The notes under the pieces were generated by a model. That model ran no database searches. It was given only the letters and a program-made list of their open reading frames with translations, and was not told the DNA's origin. A stretch of DNA of 54,053 bases, counting the filler, from Sphacelaria rigidula (Eukaryota): NCBI GenBank assembly GCA_964200075.2. It is 3 parts of 3 records of this genome, joined end to end, with 100 filler letters (N's around TTAATTAATTAA, not from the genome) between each part and the next. Parts side by side here need not be neighbours in the genome. Positions count along the whole stretch, not along the records: positions 1 to 17,954 come from CAXNAA020000955.1; 2 more parts are not named here. One strand, written 5' to 3'. Positions 1 through 12,110 of the stretch are shown piece by piece. A program made the translations under genes and the position numbers. Position 1 is the first letter of the stretch; every line of letters begins with the position of its first letter.

Positions 1-449
1 AGCGCAATCGCACACACCACGTTCTGTCATACCGAGAGACCCTCGCGAGGACGGGGTGCGAAAGCACCGAGACGATGGTGAGAAAGAGGAGACTCCATTT
101 TGCCGGTTTCGTCACGCGCATGTCACCCGGACGGATACCGAAACACGTCATGTTCGGTGAAATTATAGTCGTGAAGGGGCAACAAAGAGAGTTTAACGGC
201 AGGCACAAGGACTGGATCCGCTGCCTAGCGGAAGACATGAAGACGTTCGGTATCGAATGGCAGGAGTGGACTACTAGAGCCTTGAATGCAGTAGAGTGGC
301 ACAGCTGTGTTGAACAGGGAGCAGAAAGGTTTATGGCGGACTGGTGCCAAAAGGATGACGCGGAGGCAGCGATACCGCACGCGAAAGCTGCAGGCCAAGA
401 TGCACCGACAGCACCTGAAAACGACATTACCAACAGCAACTCACCATAG
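1..449 (+). mobile_element. 3' end of non-LTR retrotransposon (RTE-like LINE) ORF, 5'-truncated by window edge
   Basis: Frame reads ...VLSYRETLARTGCESTETMVRKRRLHFAGFVTRMSPGRIPKHVMFGE...KDWIRCLAEDMKTFGI...W, the typical C-terminal signature of RTE-clade ORFs; followed by a T-rich, 3'UTR-like tract to ~1060. Confidence 0.85.
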
Positions 450-844
450 CCTACGTCAGATACGCAGGGCATGTATTTGGTCCCCATCTTTGCTTTGTTT
501 CATCTTGTGTCCCTGGTGTGTTTTTTTTGTTTGCTTTTTGTTTCGTCTGTGCTTCCCCCCCCCCCCCCCCCCCGCTGCCGGAACGAGCCTGGCTCGTTTT
601 TTTTGTCTGATGTATTCCCTTTTTTTTACGTTCTATCATTCATTCATTTTCCATTCTATAATATCCCCTCATTTTTCTTTCATTTTTTTCATGTTTCTCT
701 TTTTTGTTTCTGATTACGAGTTGCAGTGTTGCAATCAGCTACGTTATGCACGATCATCATCCTTTTTGTCTTTGTTCGTGCTTATGTTTGTCTTTGTGTT
801 TGTCGTTATTTTGTTGTTAATGCTGTTGATTGTTCCCGTCATTG

Positions 845-895
845 TTTGTTGTTGTTGTTGTTGTTGTTGTGTTGGTGGTGGTGTTTTTTGTTGTT
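845..895. repeat. (TTG)n microsatellite within T-rich low-complexity tract
   Basis: gttgttgttgtt... directly visible. Confidence 0.9.
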
Positions 896-1374
896 AACGC
901 TGCCCCCTTTTTTTCCTTCCTAAGGTCGTTGCTTCTGTCGTTTTTCTGTTCCTTTCTTTTTTGGGGGGGATTTTTTTCATCATTCTGTTCTATTTTTGCT
1001 GCTCCTCGCCACGGGCTGGATTGTTGCAATCAGCTAATGTGAGATAATCAACCAAATAAATATATATGTATATATATTCTCCATATTTTCATTGTATTCT
1101 ATTTTATTTTATTTGTACTTCCTCTTGTTTCCCTTTTATTTTGTTTCAGGTCGGTCATCTTTTTCTGTGCTTTGCTTGTGTTGACTTTTATTTTTTTTGT
1201 CACGACTTAGTCTGTTATGTCGTTCTGTTCGATCCCTGTTTTTTTTTCTGTTCCTGTTTTTTTTCTTCTGTTCCTTGCTTCTTCTTTTTTTCCACGGAGC
1301 GTGTTTCAAAATTCATTGCAGAGTTGAGGTGTTCACCTCTTGATGTAACGTGTTCATGACGTATTATTTTGATC

Positions 1375-1437
1375 TGATTGATTGATTGATTGATTGTCGC
1401 ACTTTAACTGACCCCCCAGGGGTCCAGTTGTGGGCTC
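1375..1437 (-). mobile_element. Probable 3' end of a non-LTR element/SINE with (CAAT)n tail
   Basis: (tgat)n run at 1375-1395 abutting a short unique segment; a tandem-repeat tail is typical of RTE-mobilised elements. Confidence 0.35.
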
Positions 1438-1464
1438 ATGATGGACATACCCAAGAAAAACGAA

Positions 1465-1690
1465 ACTGAAACGTTACATTCGAACGTGACACGTGTCAAT
1501 GTCACGTTACATGTAACGAAACGTCACGTTAAATGTTTTCAACGTGATTCACGTCGCGTTCACGTTACGTTAAATTTCCAGATGGCACGTTCATGTCATG
1601 TTAAATTTTTCAAACGTGACACGCGTCACGTATCACGTTACGTGAAATTTTGCGAACGTGATTCACGTCACGTTCACGTGTCACGTATCC
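1465..1690. repeat. Degenerate ACGT/CACGT-rich tandem array
   Basis: Many cacgt/acgtg/acgtta motifs in ~225 bp. Confidence 0.8.
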
Positions 1691-1922
1691 CTCCCTGGTA
1701 TATTTAGCGCACACCGAAATGCTGAAGCGAGCGGTCGCGAACGCATCTTGTACACCCATGCAAAAAGCAGCACGAATCCGCGATCGTCCGGGCAGCAATC
1801 CCCCGCCGCGGGCGCGGCGGGATCTGCACACTAATTCCAGCATAAATCGCGTGAACGCCTCCTCATGAGAATCGCTGCGCGCTCGTGCGCCATAAAGATC
1901 TTATATATACGTATATATTCAA

Positions 1923-2822
1923 GGTTCCCCTTCGCGAATTTGGTACGGGCTTCCCGGGGGTGACGAAAGTCGAATGTATATTTACACACCACACCAACGC
2001 TAATCCATCTACAGGTGGTGTAGCCCTGCAGGCAGGACTATGTCTAGGTCACCTGTTTACAGAATGTGACCTTTGTGACATAATGTGTGCGTCGGCTTTG
2101 AGCTCGGGAGTAAACATGGCTCTCTGGCTCTCAAGGTACACAGGCAGATCAACAAAATCTCCTACAGCAGTCTGGCCGACACTCGACGAATTTCCCTCGT
2201 GGTTGAAAGTTTCCTATGAACAGGACCCGTGGGTCTTGTTCTGGGTACATGAAACGATAACGCCTGTTGGGTTCGCATAACTGGGACCCACTTCATCAAT
2301 CAGTTATGACGATGTTGAAGGCTTCACGTCAAAACTGAAGATAAACAATCATAGATCGCGCGACTTGTATTCGCTACTGATTAAGGCGAAGGCAACGTTC
2401 AATTGGTTTCAACTGCCTTGCTCTCACGTTCTTGTGACACTCGCCGCATAACCGCTGTCTTCGTGCTCCCAAATCAACGATAACGCAAAGAAAATCACGG
2501 TGAAAAAATACCTAGCCAAAAGTTATCCTGTCCGAACGAACTTATCCTTTTGGTTGTTCGGAATCCTCTTGGGAGTTTTCCATGATCTTGAAAGGGCTCT
2601 TGTGGTTCGGGATCGACACCCCGCGAAAAAGAGCCAGTGTGGGCGACTTTCGGTGGCCAGAACACGCCCCACAGGGGTCAGATGACACCACCCAAACCTG
2701 AACGGTAATGTACCTCTGCGCCTCCTTCGTGCGCTGCGAAAGAAAGCGCGGGATAAAATGCCTTGCTGCCAAGCATTATTCGGCAAAAGTGGTGAAAAAT
2801 GTGAAATGATACATGTATGCAT
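1923..2822. mobile_element. Non-autonomous dispersed repeat, copy A (hairpin-bearing end, ~590-bp internal insert)
   Basis: Starts ggttcccc... like 2823; 2573-2822 is similar to 3215-3434 and to inverted 7428-7680. Confidence 0.7.
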
Positions 2823-3434
2823 GGTTCCCCTCCGGGAGGTCGGTACGCGCCTCCCGGGGGTGAGGCAAGTCGAAAATATATTTTGTTAAGCTTTCCACGA
2901 TCTTGAAGACGCTTTTAACAATGTTTTCGTGAGATTGAGAGTAGAGGATACGATTGAGAGTGAAAAGCGCTCAATTAGTGAATGAATCGTTTCAGTTACG
3001 AAATGCTCCCGAACGACGCCCGATATGCTTCCTGTAGTAGCTTGCCACTGAGGCCCTCGATATCCCTCAGTAAAATATCGACGTGTAGCTGCAAGCACAC
3101 GCTAGTGATGAGGCCGAAGAGAACCACACACGGAACGAAAATTGGCCAAGTTATAGCGAATGATCAAAGCCACTCTTCATCAGCGCTTTACTCTCGATCT
3201 TACGAATAGGTCGATTTTGTGGTTCGGGATCGACACCCCGGGAAAAAGGGCCAGTTTGAGCGACTTTCGGCGGCCGGAACACGCGCCACAGGTATCAGAT
3301 GACACCCAAACCTGAAAGGTAATGTACCGCTGCGCCTTTTTGGTGCACGGCAAAAAAAAGCGGGTGATAAGACGCCTTGCCGCCAAAGGAAACTCGGCAA
3401 AAGTGGTGGAAAACATGAAATGATACATGTACAT
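2823..3434. mobile_element. Same repeat family, copy B (tandem to A; carries a ~300-bp inverted-repeat insert)
   Basis: Shared ends; hairpin ccgggagg-N10-cctcccgg at 2832-2857; followed by (TA)n. Confidence 0.7.
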
Positions 3435-3490
3435 GTATATATATATATATATATATCACCTACCTTGTCGGCAGAATTCCGAGTGGGTTG

Positions 3491-3871
3491 TAGAGCGGCA
3501 AACAGACAGTTCTATTAAATGAGGTTCAAATCCAAACCAGTTCTTTCTTTTAACTTCCAGCGATGGTGCCCGATGACTGCTTCGTCGGCCTAATGCCCCT
3601 CGATCGCGTGAATACTTTTTCAGCCCCTAATTTTTGAGGGGGGGGGGAGGGGGGTGATCAAAAGGGAAAATGACGGTTTCGGTCGGCGCTGTAAGCTCAC
3701 AGAGTCAGTAAAATGCGCTGAAAAGGTATCCAAGCGATCAAGGGGCACTAGGACGACAAAAACGTCGTCGGGCACCATCGCTAAGAGTGTGAAGAAAGCA
3801 CTGTTTTGGATTTGAACCTCATTTTAGGGTACAACCTCATTTAATAGAATCGTCGGTTGGCTGTCGCTCTA
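3491..3871. mobile_element. MITE with long (~130-bp) imperfect TIRs
   Basis: ctattaaatgaggttcaaatccaaaccag...cgatggtgcccga mirrored by tcgggcaccatcg...ttttggatttgaacctcatttta; second partial copy at 17845-17954. Confidence 0.8.
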
Positions 3872-5582
3872 TACGAAAATTAGCGCGCAATGCCGTACCA
3901 TGTGTTTCAGTAATTACTTCAGCTTCTTCAATCATGCCAATTTCCGAACGTTAATATTCCTGGGTACTCCCGCGAACAAGCGGCATTCCTCTATTGCGGA
4001 GTTTTCTACAGGTGATCCTCGGCTACGTAACAACGAAGGCACCGAAGTATGACACACGGACACAAGGCGGGACGCACAATCTAAAATAAATAAAGAAGGG
4101 ACGAAACAAACCTCTCCGCTGCATTATTCCCAAGGCCACCCCCCCACCGCTCCTTCAGGTTGATCCCGTTCCCTCGCCCTGTTGCAGATGTAGACCGCGA
4201 CAGCGTCACCACCGCGTGATACAGTACCACCACAACAGCTCCACCTAACAATACCGACTTTTTCGTGGGCAATCACCGTAGCATTGGGCGAGATAGCGGC
4301 GGGGAGGGCGGGAGATGGTTTGGATATGGGCATCCACATCACGAGCATGACGAGCGTGTCGAATAAAAAAGAACTGTTCACGGGGGAAGGGGACGGGAAA
4401 TGTTCCTGTTTCATGAAGGAATGGCAGAAGCTACGGATTCTCAACTATCACGCCTTGTTTCCTTCCATCCACTGAGAATCGACACACATATCGCCATGTG
4501 CCTCCGCTATACCGCTTTCTCGAAGGTGTACTGCCCCAAACGAGGGAATAGATCAGACGGGACTATTAGCGTAGCTCAGTCGACAGTTCGGATGACGACA
4601 CCTCAGCGAAATCTCTTCACCCTACAGAGATGTTTCACGTGAGATGACAGGACCCTACGGCAGCGAACACCATGGCGTTTGCTCGTGCTCGATCTCGTGG
4701 GCACCGTTCTCCTTACTTCCTCCCATTTCAGTGGCGAATTCATGAAAGTGCAGCCTCATCTACTGGAAGGACACACCGCGACCATGACTCCCTCAGCTGA
4801 GAAATACCTGACGTAACATGTTTTCGTGATGTGCCTCCGCCCACCCTTCAGAAGGGTTCGTATCCGTTGGCAATAACAACACGCCACCCACTGCGTACGC
4901 TGGCAACCAGGGTTACCGGTTTCTCCCTCGCTTGTGTACTTTTACGGTAAGGGCGTGTCTTCGCACTTTTTTTTTTGTCGAAAGAAGAGGGCGGTAGAAT
5001 TGATTTGAGTGGATCTGCTCATTTTTCTCGAGCTGTATCCAAGAGAATTTTCGAACTTTCGATCGAAAACAGGCAGTGAAATTCGTGAAGCGGTATTTGG
5101 TCGCTCGCCTGTACTGCTTGCATGTGGTGTGCCTGTGTGTCTGCGTGCGTGTTTCGTTCAGGAGTAGGATGTGAAAGAGAAGCTAGCAACGTGCAGTACG
5201 GACCGCGCAGGACTACTACTGTCTGTTCTCTCTGCTTACAATGCGGGGGCGTGGAAATTTGAAAAGGACCGGGATAGCGTGCAGCCTCGTACGGCGTGCA
5301 CTGACCTTGAGCATCTACGCAAGTTGGTTGTCCGCCCTGCCACGCAATTCCGTCGCTGATCCCTTCCGTGAGGGAAGATGATTCGGTCTTCGCCAACAAA
5401 GATGGCACAAGGCATACCCAACAACTGCCGTGTATGTATCCCTGAGCTCAACTCGTGCTCCATGCTGCAGGGTTGCGGTGGTAGCTGAGAATGAGTTGTT
5501 TGGAGTTTGCATGATTCTCTGAACAAACACGGGATTTTACAAATTGGCGATGGATCTCTTATTGGGGATAAAAACCCGGAAA

Positions 5583-6292
5583 ATTAAAATCTTCGCATCC
5601 ACACCAGCTCTTCGGAATGTCCTTTTATTTCCTCACTTGCTGGTAGCTATCGACACGTACTACACGCCATACAAATTTGGATTTCGATAGGCGGAATGTC
5701 GGGGTCCTAGGTGAAGAAGCAATTTTGGCGTTTGATCGGACACCTGGAATCCCCAAAATTGTTCTTCACCTAGGACCCCGATGTTTGGGTTATCGAAATC
5801 CAAATTTGTATTGCGTGTAGCAGGTGTCGATGGCTACCAACAAGTAACAGTGAATTTTCAAAAACGAGGTTGAAAAAATTATGAGGTTCAACTCGAAAGC
5901 TGTGCTTTCCCTGACCTAAATTCATGAGAAATGACTTTCATACGGACGAACTCATCCTTCCGGACCTCCCAAAAACTATTCCGGGGGATTTTTAGCCTTC
6001 CGTTCCCCCAAAGGATATGTGCGAAAGCACACTTTTGCCTCCATTTCGGGGTGAAAAAAAAACGTTTTTTGGCCCAAAAATCGTGATTTCGCAGATACGC
6101 CCAATTAGTTTTGGCGAGGTCGGGAAGGATGAGATCGTTCGTATGAAACTCATTTCTCATTAATTTTGGTCAGGGAAGGCACGGCTATTGACTTAAACCT
6201 CTTTTTTTTCAACCTCATTTTCGAAAATCCACTGTTGAGTGAAGAAATGGAAGCTTACTTCGAATATTTGGTGTGGATACGAAGATTTTAAT
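5583..6292. mobile_element. Foldback/palindromic element interrupted by a nested MITE
   Basis: 5583-5730 is inverse-complementary to 5752-5845 plus 6237-6292. Confidence 0.8.
5846..6236. mobile_element. MITE (AACAGTG...CACTGTT ends, ~120-bp TIRs) inserted in the right arm of the foldback
   Basis: Long inverted repeat; removing it restores the host palindrome. Confidence 0.8.
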
Positions 6293-6429
6293 CCTCTGGC
6301 TTTTCATTCGCAAGATAGGAATCAAGGGTCCCTTTGTGTCTTCGACCGCATGTCTTCGATCGAAAAAGCTCAGCTTATCTGGGGTGCACGAAAATGCTTT
6401 TCTCGCGCACCCTACGTACCCTTCGTGAC

Positions 6430-6498
6430 TTCATCGAGATTCGAACCCATGACCCAAACGTCAGCAGGTTTCGAGGTTACCAACCAAGCCACTGGGGC
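6430..6498 (-). mobile_element. tRNA-derived SINE head / tRNA-like pseudogene
   Basis: Minus strand has A-box TGGCTTGGTTGG and B-box GGTTCGAATCTC at tRNA-like spacing; no proper acceptor stem. Confidence 0.65.
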
Positions 6499-7427
6499 AA
6501 CCGGCCCTGTAAAACATAAATTGAATGATGAACTAATCAAATGTCATGAGATGAAAATACAGTATGAAGATAATTTATCAGAAAAGCAAGGATAAATGAA
6601 ATATATTTCGTCAAAGCGGTTAACATACTTTTGTATTGAAAACAAAAACAGGCTCACTTCGGTGTATGCCTTCTTGAGGAAGGTGACGTTCAACACGGAA
6701 TATCCTGGATGGTATCTGATCACCCTGGTACTCATCGGTGAAGGAACCAGCCACCTGGAGAAGATCACACGAGAAATAGCCCACTGCATACCATTCTAAA
6801 ACCTGTAGATCTTGTTTCGAAATCCCATCTCATACTATGTTGTTTGGAATAATGTGTACATCACTGTTCGTTGTAGGCTCATGGGTCCCTCCCGTTATTA
6901 CCGATTTTCATAAGCTTAGATGTGAATTGTGGTTGGTGTTTTTGCAACTTTGTCGAAGCTTACCGCCGCAGGGGGTTGTCTTGGCTGGGAACGTCTTCAA
7001 CCGTACCCATCGAATAACCTCTAGCCAACACATACCAGCATGCAGGTGTTATCAACGAGTAGGTATTTAGCACGTGTTTGGGGGATGACGTGCAATTATT
7101 GATTGTTCACACGGATTGAAACGGAAAAGGGAGGAGGAGAACGTAAACTGAACAACAAAAAATGCCCCCCGGGGGGTAGGGTCGGGGTGGGGGTAGAGGG
7201 TAAGCAGGTGGGCGAACTTTTTTCGTGCAGCCCTGGTTTTATTGTTTTTTACGTCTTCTCCGCGCGCCACTTATTTCATAACTAGTTGAAGCTACAGTAG
7301 CAGAAAAAGAAATGCGGTGGACCTATCAGATCGAAATTTGCTTTTCCACCGAGCTTTTTCGATCGAAAAAATGTGCCAGGACATCCGCTAACAGTGATGG
7401 TGGTCGAGTCAGATCATACGGGTACAG

Positions 7428-7680
7428 TATACATGTGCATGTATCATTTCAAATTTTCCCCACTTCTGCCGACTTCTCTCTGGCGGCAAGGCAATTGTTC
7501 CCGCTCTTTTTTTTTGCAGCGGATCAGGAAGGCTCACCGGTACATTACCGTTCAGGTTTGGGCGTCATCTTGTACGTGTGGCGCGTGTTCTAGCCACCGA
7601 AATCCGCTCAAACTGAGCCCCTTTTCGCGGGGTGTCGAACCCCTACCACAAGAGCCTTTTCAAGATCATGGAAAACTCAA
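7428..7680. mobile_element. Inverted copy C of the 1923-3434 repeat family
   Basis: Reverse complement of 2573-2822. Confidence 0.75.
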
Positions 7681-8242
7681 AGCAGGAACTCGAATCGCTA
7701 AAGCCTGTGGAATATCATGCATAACTCGAAGCACAACTAGCTTTTGCGGGATATTTTCCCCCCGTGCTTTTTTTTGTCGCGTTCTCGTTCATTTGGGAGC
7801 ACGAACACACGGCAATGTCGGGACATGAGAGCAAAGTAATTGAAAACAGTTGAATATTGCCTCGGCCTCAGTCAGCACCAAACATAAGACCGTGCAGTGG
7901 GCCGTTGACGAGTTGGAGAAGGCACAGCAGCGTCGCAGCACAGGAATGTTTTGCCGTAAAACCCAAGCACCCACCTTCGAAAAAAGACTCGGTGATGAAG
8001 AAGCCACAGTGATGTGCAATCGTTCTATATAAGAACCACGACGCCGCAGAATATGACCGTGCAGTACATTAAGTTCGCAACCATGGATTTGGAGGTCTCG
8101 GGGGCTTCTACAGTATTCATCATCGAAACAAGACCGTGCAGTACAGGAAGACGGAGCGATGATGGTCAATCCATGGATGGAAACGTTTTTCGCCGCAAAC
8201 CTCGGGGGGCAAGCCGTGTACCGTGCGGAGGACAGACTCTAG

Positions 8243-8761
8243 TTGTCAAGCCCGGCCGAGTCGGTTTCCACAGCTTTGGTGGACGGGATTTCGCCCCAAG
8301 AATTCAAGGCGTATGTTAGAAGTGTACTGACGTATGTTGACGGCTGGAAAGAGAACCCAGCGGTGGTGTTCAAAACAATTGATGCCGCCGACCAGTGGAA
8401 ATTTACTGAGGCACGTGGTCGGCGCGATTCCGCGGCAAGTGCAGGTAGTGCGCGCCGCAAATTGCAACAGCAGCCGTCTTCGCGAGCGTCGTCCACTCGC
8501 GCGTGTTACAATTGCGGCGACACCGGACATCTGATCAAGGATTGCCCCAAGCCTCGCGCTCAAGGCGCTGCTCCAGGAATTGCGCGAGATTCATCAGGAT
8601 CTCGCGGCGGTCGTCACGGTGGACGGGGCCGTGCCAACCAGGGACGCGGGGGTGGCGGCCGCGGTACCAAGCAATCGACGGCGGATGGTGGTTCCTCCGC
8701 TGCTGTTTCTTCCACTACGTCATCAGGTGGTGACTCTGGTTCTTGTGGTTTGTCCGTATAG
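8243..8761 (+). pseudogene. gypsy gag fragment with CCHC zinc knuckle and RGG tail
   Basis: CYNCGDTGHLIKDC. Confidence 0.85.
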
Positions 8762-8949
8762 TTCGCAACCCCTCGGCCAGGCAGGATCCGCGTCTGGTGC
8801 ATCTTCTACTGCTGCGATGGCTGTAACAGCGTCGTCTGCATATTCGGCGACTTGGTCTGGTTGGACCGACGATTCTCCGTTATCGATGCCAAGTGCTGGA
8901 GCGCAGCCCTGGCGTCAGGTGACTCTTGGCCCCGACCAGGGTTCGGCAG

Positions 8950-11802
8950 GCATGGTACCTGTCGATGGCAAGGAAAGCTTACGCGCAGATGTGTCCTTGC
9001 CTGGTTCTGTAGGTTCGTTCATGGCCCGCGTTATTCTGGATCCTGGGTCCGCGCTCACGTCGATCGATGTGAGATTGCTAGAACAAATGTCTTCGCAGTT
9101 TCGCGTTGCTCAGCTTCGGATATCGCTCGAAAACGGACTGCAAACGGCACAGACCCAAACGGCACAGACCGCCACGGGAACCCCGTGATGGTTAGACATG
9201 AAACGGTGCCGACAACTGTTAGCGCGCGTACGCCGTAGGGGACTGTGGAGTTGCAGCACATTACTTTCGCTGTCATGCCCGGTAGCGACAACGTGGTTCT
9301 ATTTGGGATGGCCACGATGAAAACGCTCGGGATTGATTTGTACCCGCTGGTGTTGGATACGTTACACCCACGTGCTGTGCCGGTGCAAACCGGCGTGGAA
9401 AACCGCAGCTATTTTGCTGCAAGGAGTGTGACCGTATCCATACGGTCATTCCAGAGCGCTGATGAGGAGGAGGCTGCTGCGGATAAAGTGGTATAGGGCT
9501 TGGTCGATCGGGGGGCCGACATATTCATGGACCCGGCGGAGGAGAGAGGTGCCAGAGAACGTGCCCTTGAGGATAGCGTACAACAGGCCGGGCAGAAGGG
9601 TCTGAGCGCCAATGGCACACACTGTCTGCGTGATATTTTGGCTCGTCGCGTGGATACATTTCGTCGTGCGCTGCATGGTAACCCGCCAGCGCGCGTAGAG
9701 CCCATGAGGGTGCACTTCAAGCCATAGGCAACAGCGGTGAAGGCCAAGCCCCGACGGTACGATCCGGTGAAAACCGTGTGGCTTGCTTCATGCATCGCAG
9801 CTTCAATGGCGTTTGGTTTAGTGGTAGGGAACATCCAGGCTGTGTGGGCGAGTCCGGCGATGGCAGTGCCGAAAAGGAAATATTCCATTTTTTAAGCAAT
9901 CAGGTGGTGAACGCGCAAGTGGAACAGTCTTGTGGAGTGATGCCAAGCCAAGAAGACATGTGGGAGTTGCTGGGAGCCCAATCCTTCGGCAAGTTGGACC
10001 TGCTTACAGGGGTATTGGCAAATGCCTCTGGGGTCGGAGGCTCAGGAGATCTTCACGGTCGTCACGCCGGACGGTTTGTTTACGCCTACTCGTGTCCCGC
10101 AGCGCGTGTTGAACGCCACGGCGCATTTCCCAGATGTGCTGACTGACATTTTGCCGGGTCGAGACGGTCAAGTGTGGGTGGATGGCGCTTCCTCTTTTGC
10201 TGAAACCGAAGAGGCATTGCTCTCCTTGCTTGACTAAATTCTTGCCCGCTTGGTGAAGGTTCCTACCGTGCATGTTCGCTCTGTTACCGTGTACAGCCAG
10301 AGTGATGCCGATGAGTGTCATTCGTATCGCGCAGCGCAAAACAGTCGGCAACGGTGTTCCTTCTTGTCCTACGACTTTCGATCGAACTGCTTTGGCTGAC
10401 GATGGTTTGTATCGCGTGCGTGTTGGCAGTAGTAATGTTTTGTGGATTCCGTCGGATGATGAGGCTCTACAAACTTGCTTGATGGTGTGCGCTCACATAC
10501 CTGGTCGACTGGTCACCGTGGTGTGGCGCCGACTCTGTTTGGTTTGAAATAATACTGTGTGTGGCCTCACATGGATTCCCACGTTCGCGAGTTCGTTCGA
10601 CAGTGTATTCACTGTATAGACACTCGTGCTGGTGCGATTGTATCTCGTCGGTATGGCGATACTGTGCATGGAACTGCGCCACGTGAAGTTGTTCCCCTTG
10701 ATTTTCTGTACGTCGGAAGTAGCGGATCTGAAGGTGCTAATGGTTTGCCCAAGGACGGTTCCCGGTGCGTTTTGGTTATCATGGATGATTTGTCCAATTT
10801 CGTTCGCTGGGAGCCGACCGAGGGTTGCATCGCCGAGGTTACGGCTGAGCACGCACTTCATTGGCGTAAGACTTTGGGGGTGCCGCGTGTGTGGGTTAGT
10901 CATGCCGCCACGCACTTCTAGAACCGAGTGATCGCGCAGTTGAGCGACGCGCTCAGGGTGCAACGCCAATTTGCTGTTTCATTTTTCCCTCGGTCGAATG
11001 GTGCTTGTGAACGCATGGTGAAAGAGATCAGTCGTGCGTTGCGGTCTATTTTGTCGGATCAGACACGGCCGGTGTCTGCCTGGGTTGATGTTATGCCAGC
11101 CGCTCAGTGGGCGTTAAATACTTGTTTTCGTGAACGCTGCCGTAACACTCCGTATCGTGTCATGTATGGGCGTGCACCGCGTTCAGCGTTTCGGGCGCTC
11201 GCTACTGTTACGGGCGGCGAGAGGAACGTCGATGTCATAGATACTGATCCGTTCCGTGACAAGGCTCGAGGCGTGGTTGCCGAGCAAGTTGTCTTGTAGC
11301 GAAGTGCAAGATGCTGTCGCGGTGACTCGCGATACCACACGCAAGCTTGCTCAGGGCCAGGCTTTGTTGCCCAAGTTTGCAGTTCGACATTTCGTTTGGT
11401 ATGCCCGTTTTCGTAGGGAAGGTGTGACTTTGATGTCCACATGGACAGGTCCGTGGCGAGTGGTCACAGCCGAACACGTTCACGTGTGTTCGGTGCAGAA
11501 CACAGTTTCTGGTGCCGGCCCATATCGCTCGTTCACGTTTCTATGCTCAAAAGATGTATTTCAGCATTCGTATGCTCAAGGTGAACGTCGGATGAATGCT
11601 TTGGCGCATGTCGCTGAGGGATGACAATGGTGACGTCATTGTTTTGGTCGATTGGGACGGGTTCGGCGCTAAGGAACGTACGTGGGGGTCTCTCCGCAGG
11701 ATTCACTATTCTGCGCCTGAAATTGCTTCGAAGATACTACGGAATATGCGGTTGACTCGGGCGCTATGTATGTTACCGTCGAAATATGGTATTTTTTCGT
11801 GA
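8950..11802 (+). pseudogene. gypsy pol remnants (protease, RT, integrase, chromodomain; RNase H region apparently deleted near 10260)
   Basis: VILDPGS (protease); WASPAMAVPK, FGKLDLL..YWQMPL, VWVD (RT); WPHMDSHVREFVRQCIHC, DFLYVG, SNGACER (IN); VLVDWDGFGAKERTW (chromo). Confidence 0.88.
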
Positions 11803-12047
11803 TATAGCGCATGCGATTGCGCAGTGGTTTTTTGTTGGTTGTCTAGCTTGTTTTTCTTTTATTTGAACTCGCTTTGGGGGTCCTGAAGCCAAATGACACC
11901 AAGCCGTAGGTTTCAGTATAATCGCATGCATGATTAGAGTAGTGGCAGGGGACGGCGGGTCCTGAATTGATGGCCTCCATCTGTCTGGCCCCTTGCTGTC
12001 TGACTCGTGATGTGATCTGTTGAGAATTACTCCACAATACAGGCTGG

Positions 12048-12051
<4 letters not shown>

Positions 12052-12106
<55 letters not shown>
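12052..12106. repeat. (CT)n microsatellite inside left TIR
   Basis: Directly visible. Confidence 0.95.

Positions 12107-12110
<4 letters not shown>

Larger units (their letters stand above)
7820..12036 (+). mobile_element. Decayed Ty3/gypsy LTR retrotransposon with chromodomain integrase; 5' LTR not seen; tentative 3' LTR 11884-12036
   Basis: Order gag zinc knuckle - protease - RT - integrase - chromodomain, with many stops and frameshifts; boundaries approximate. Confidence 0.88.

Noticed and set aside
307..1359. Hydrophobic F/L/V/C-rich ORFs resembling membrane proteins
   Set aside because: Translations of T-rich low-complexity and (TTG)n sequence
7171..7200. G-quadruplex-capable run (also 14732-14760)
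   Set aside because: G-runs are common in this window; no functional context
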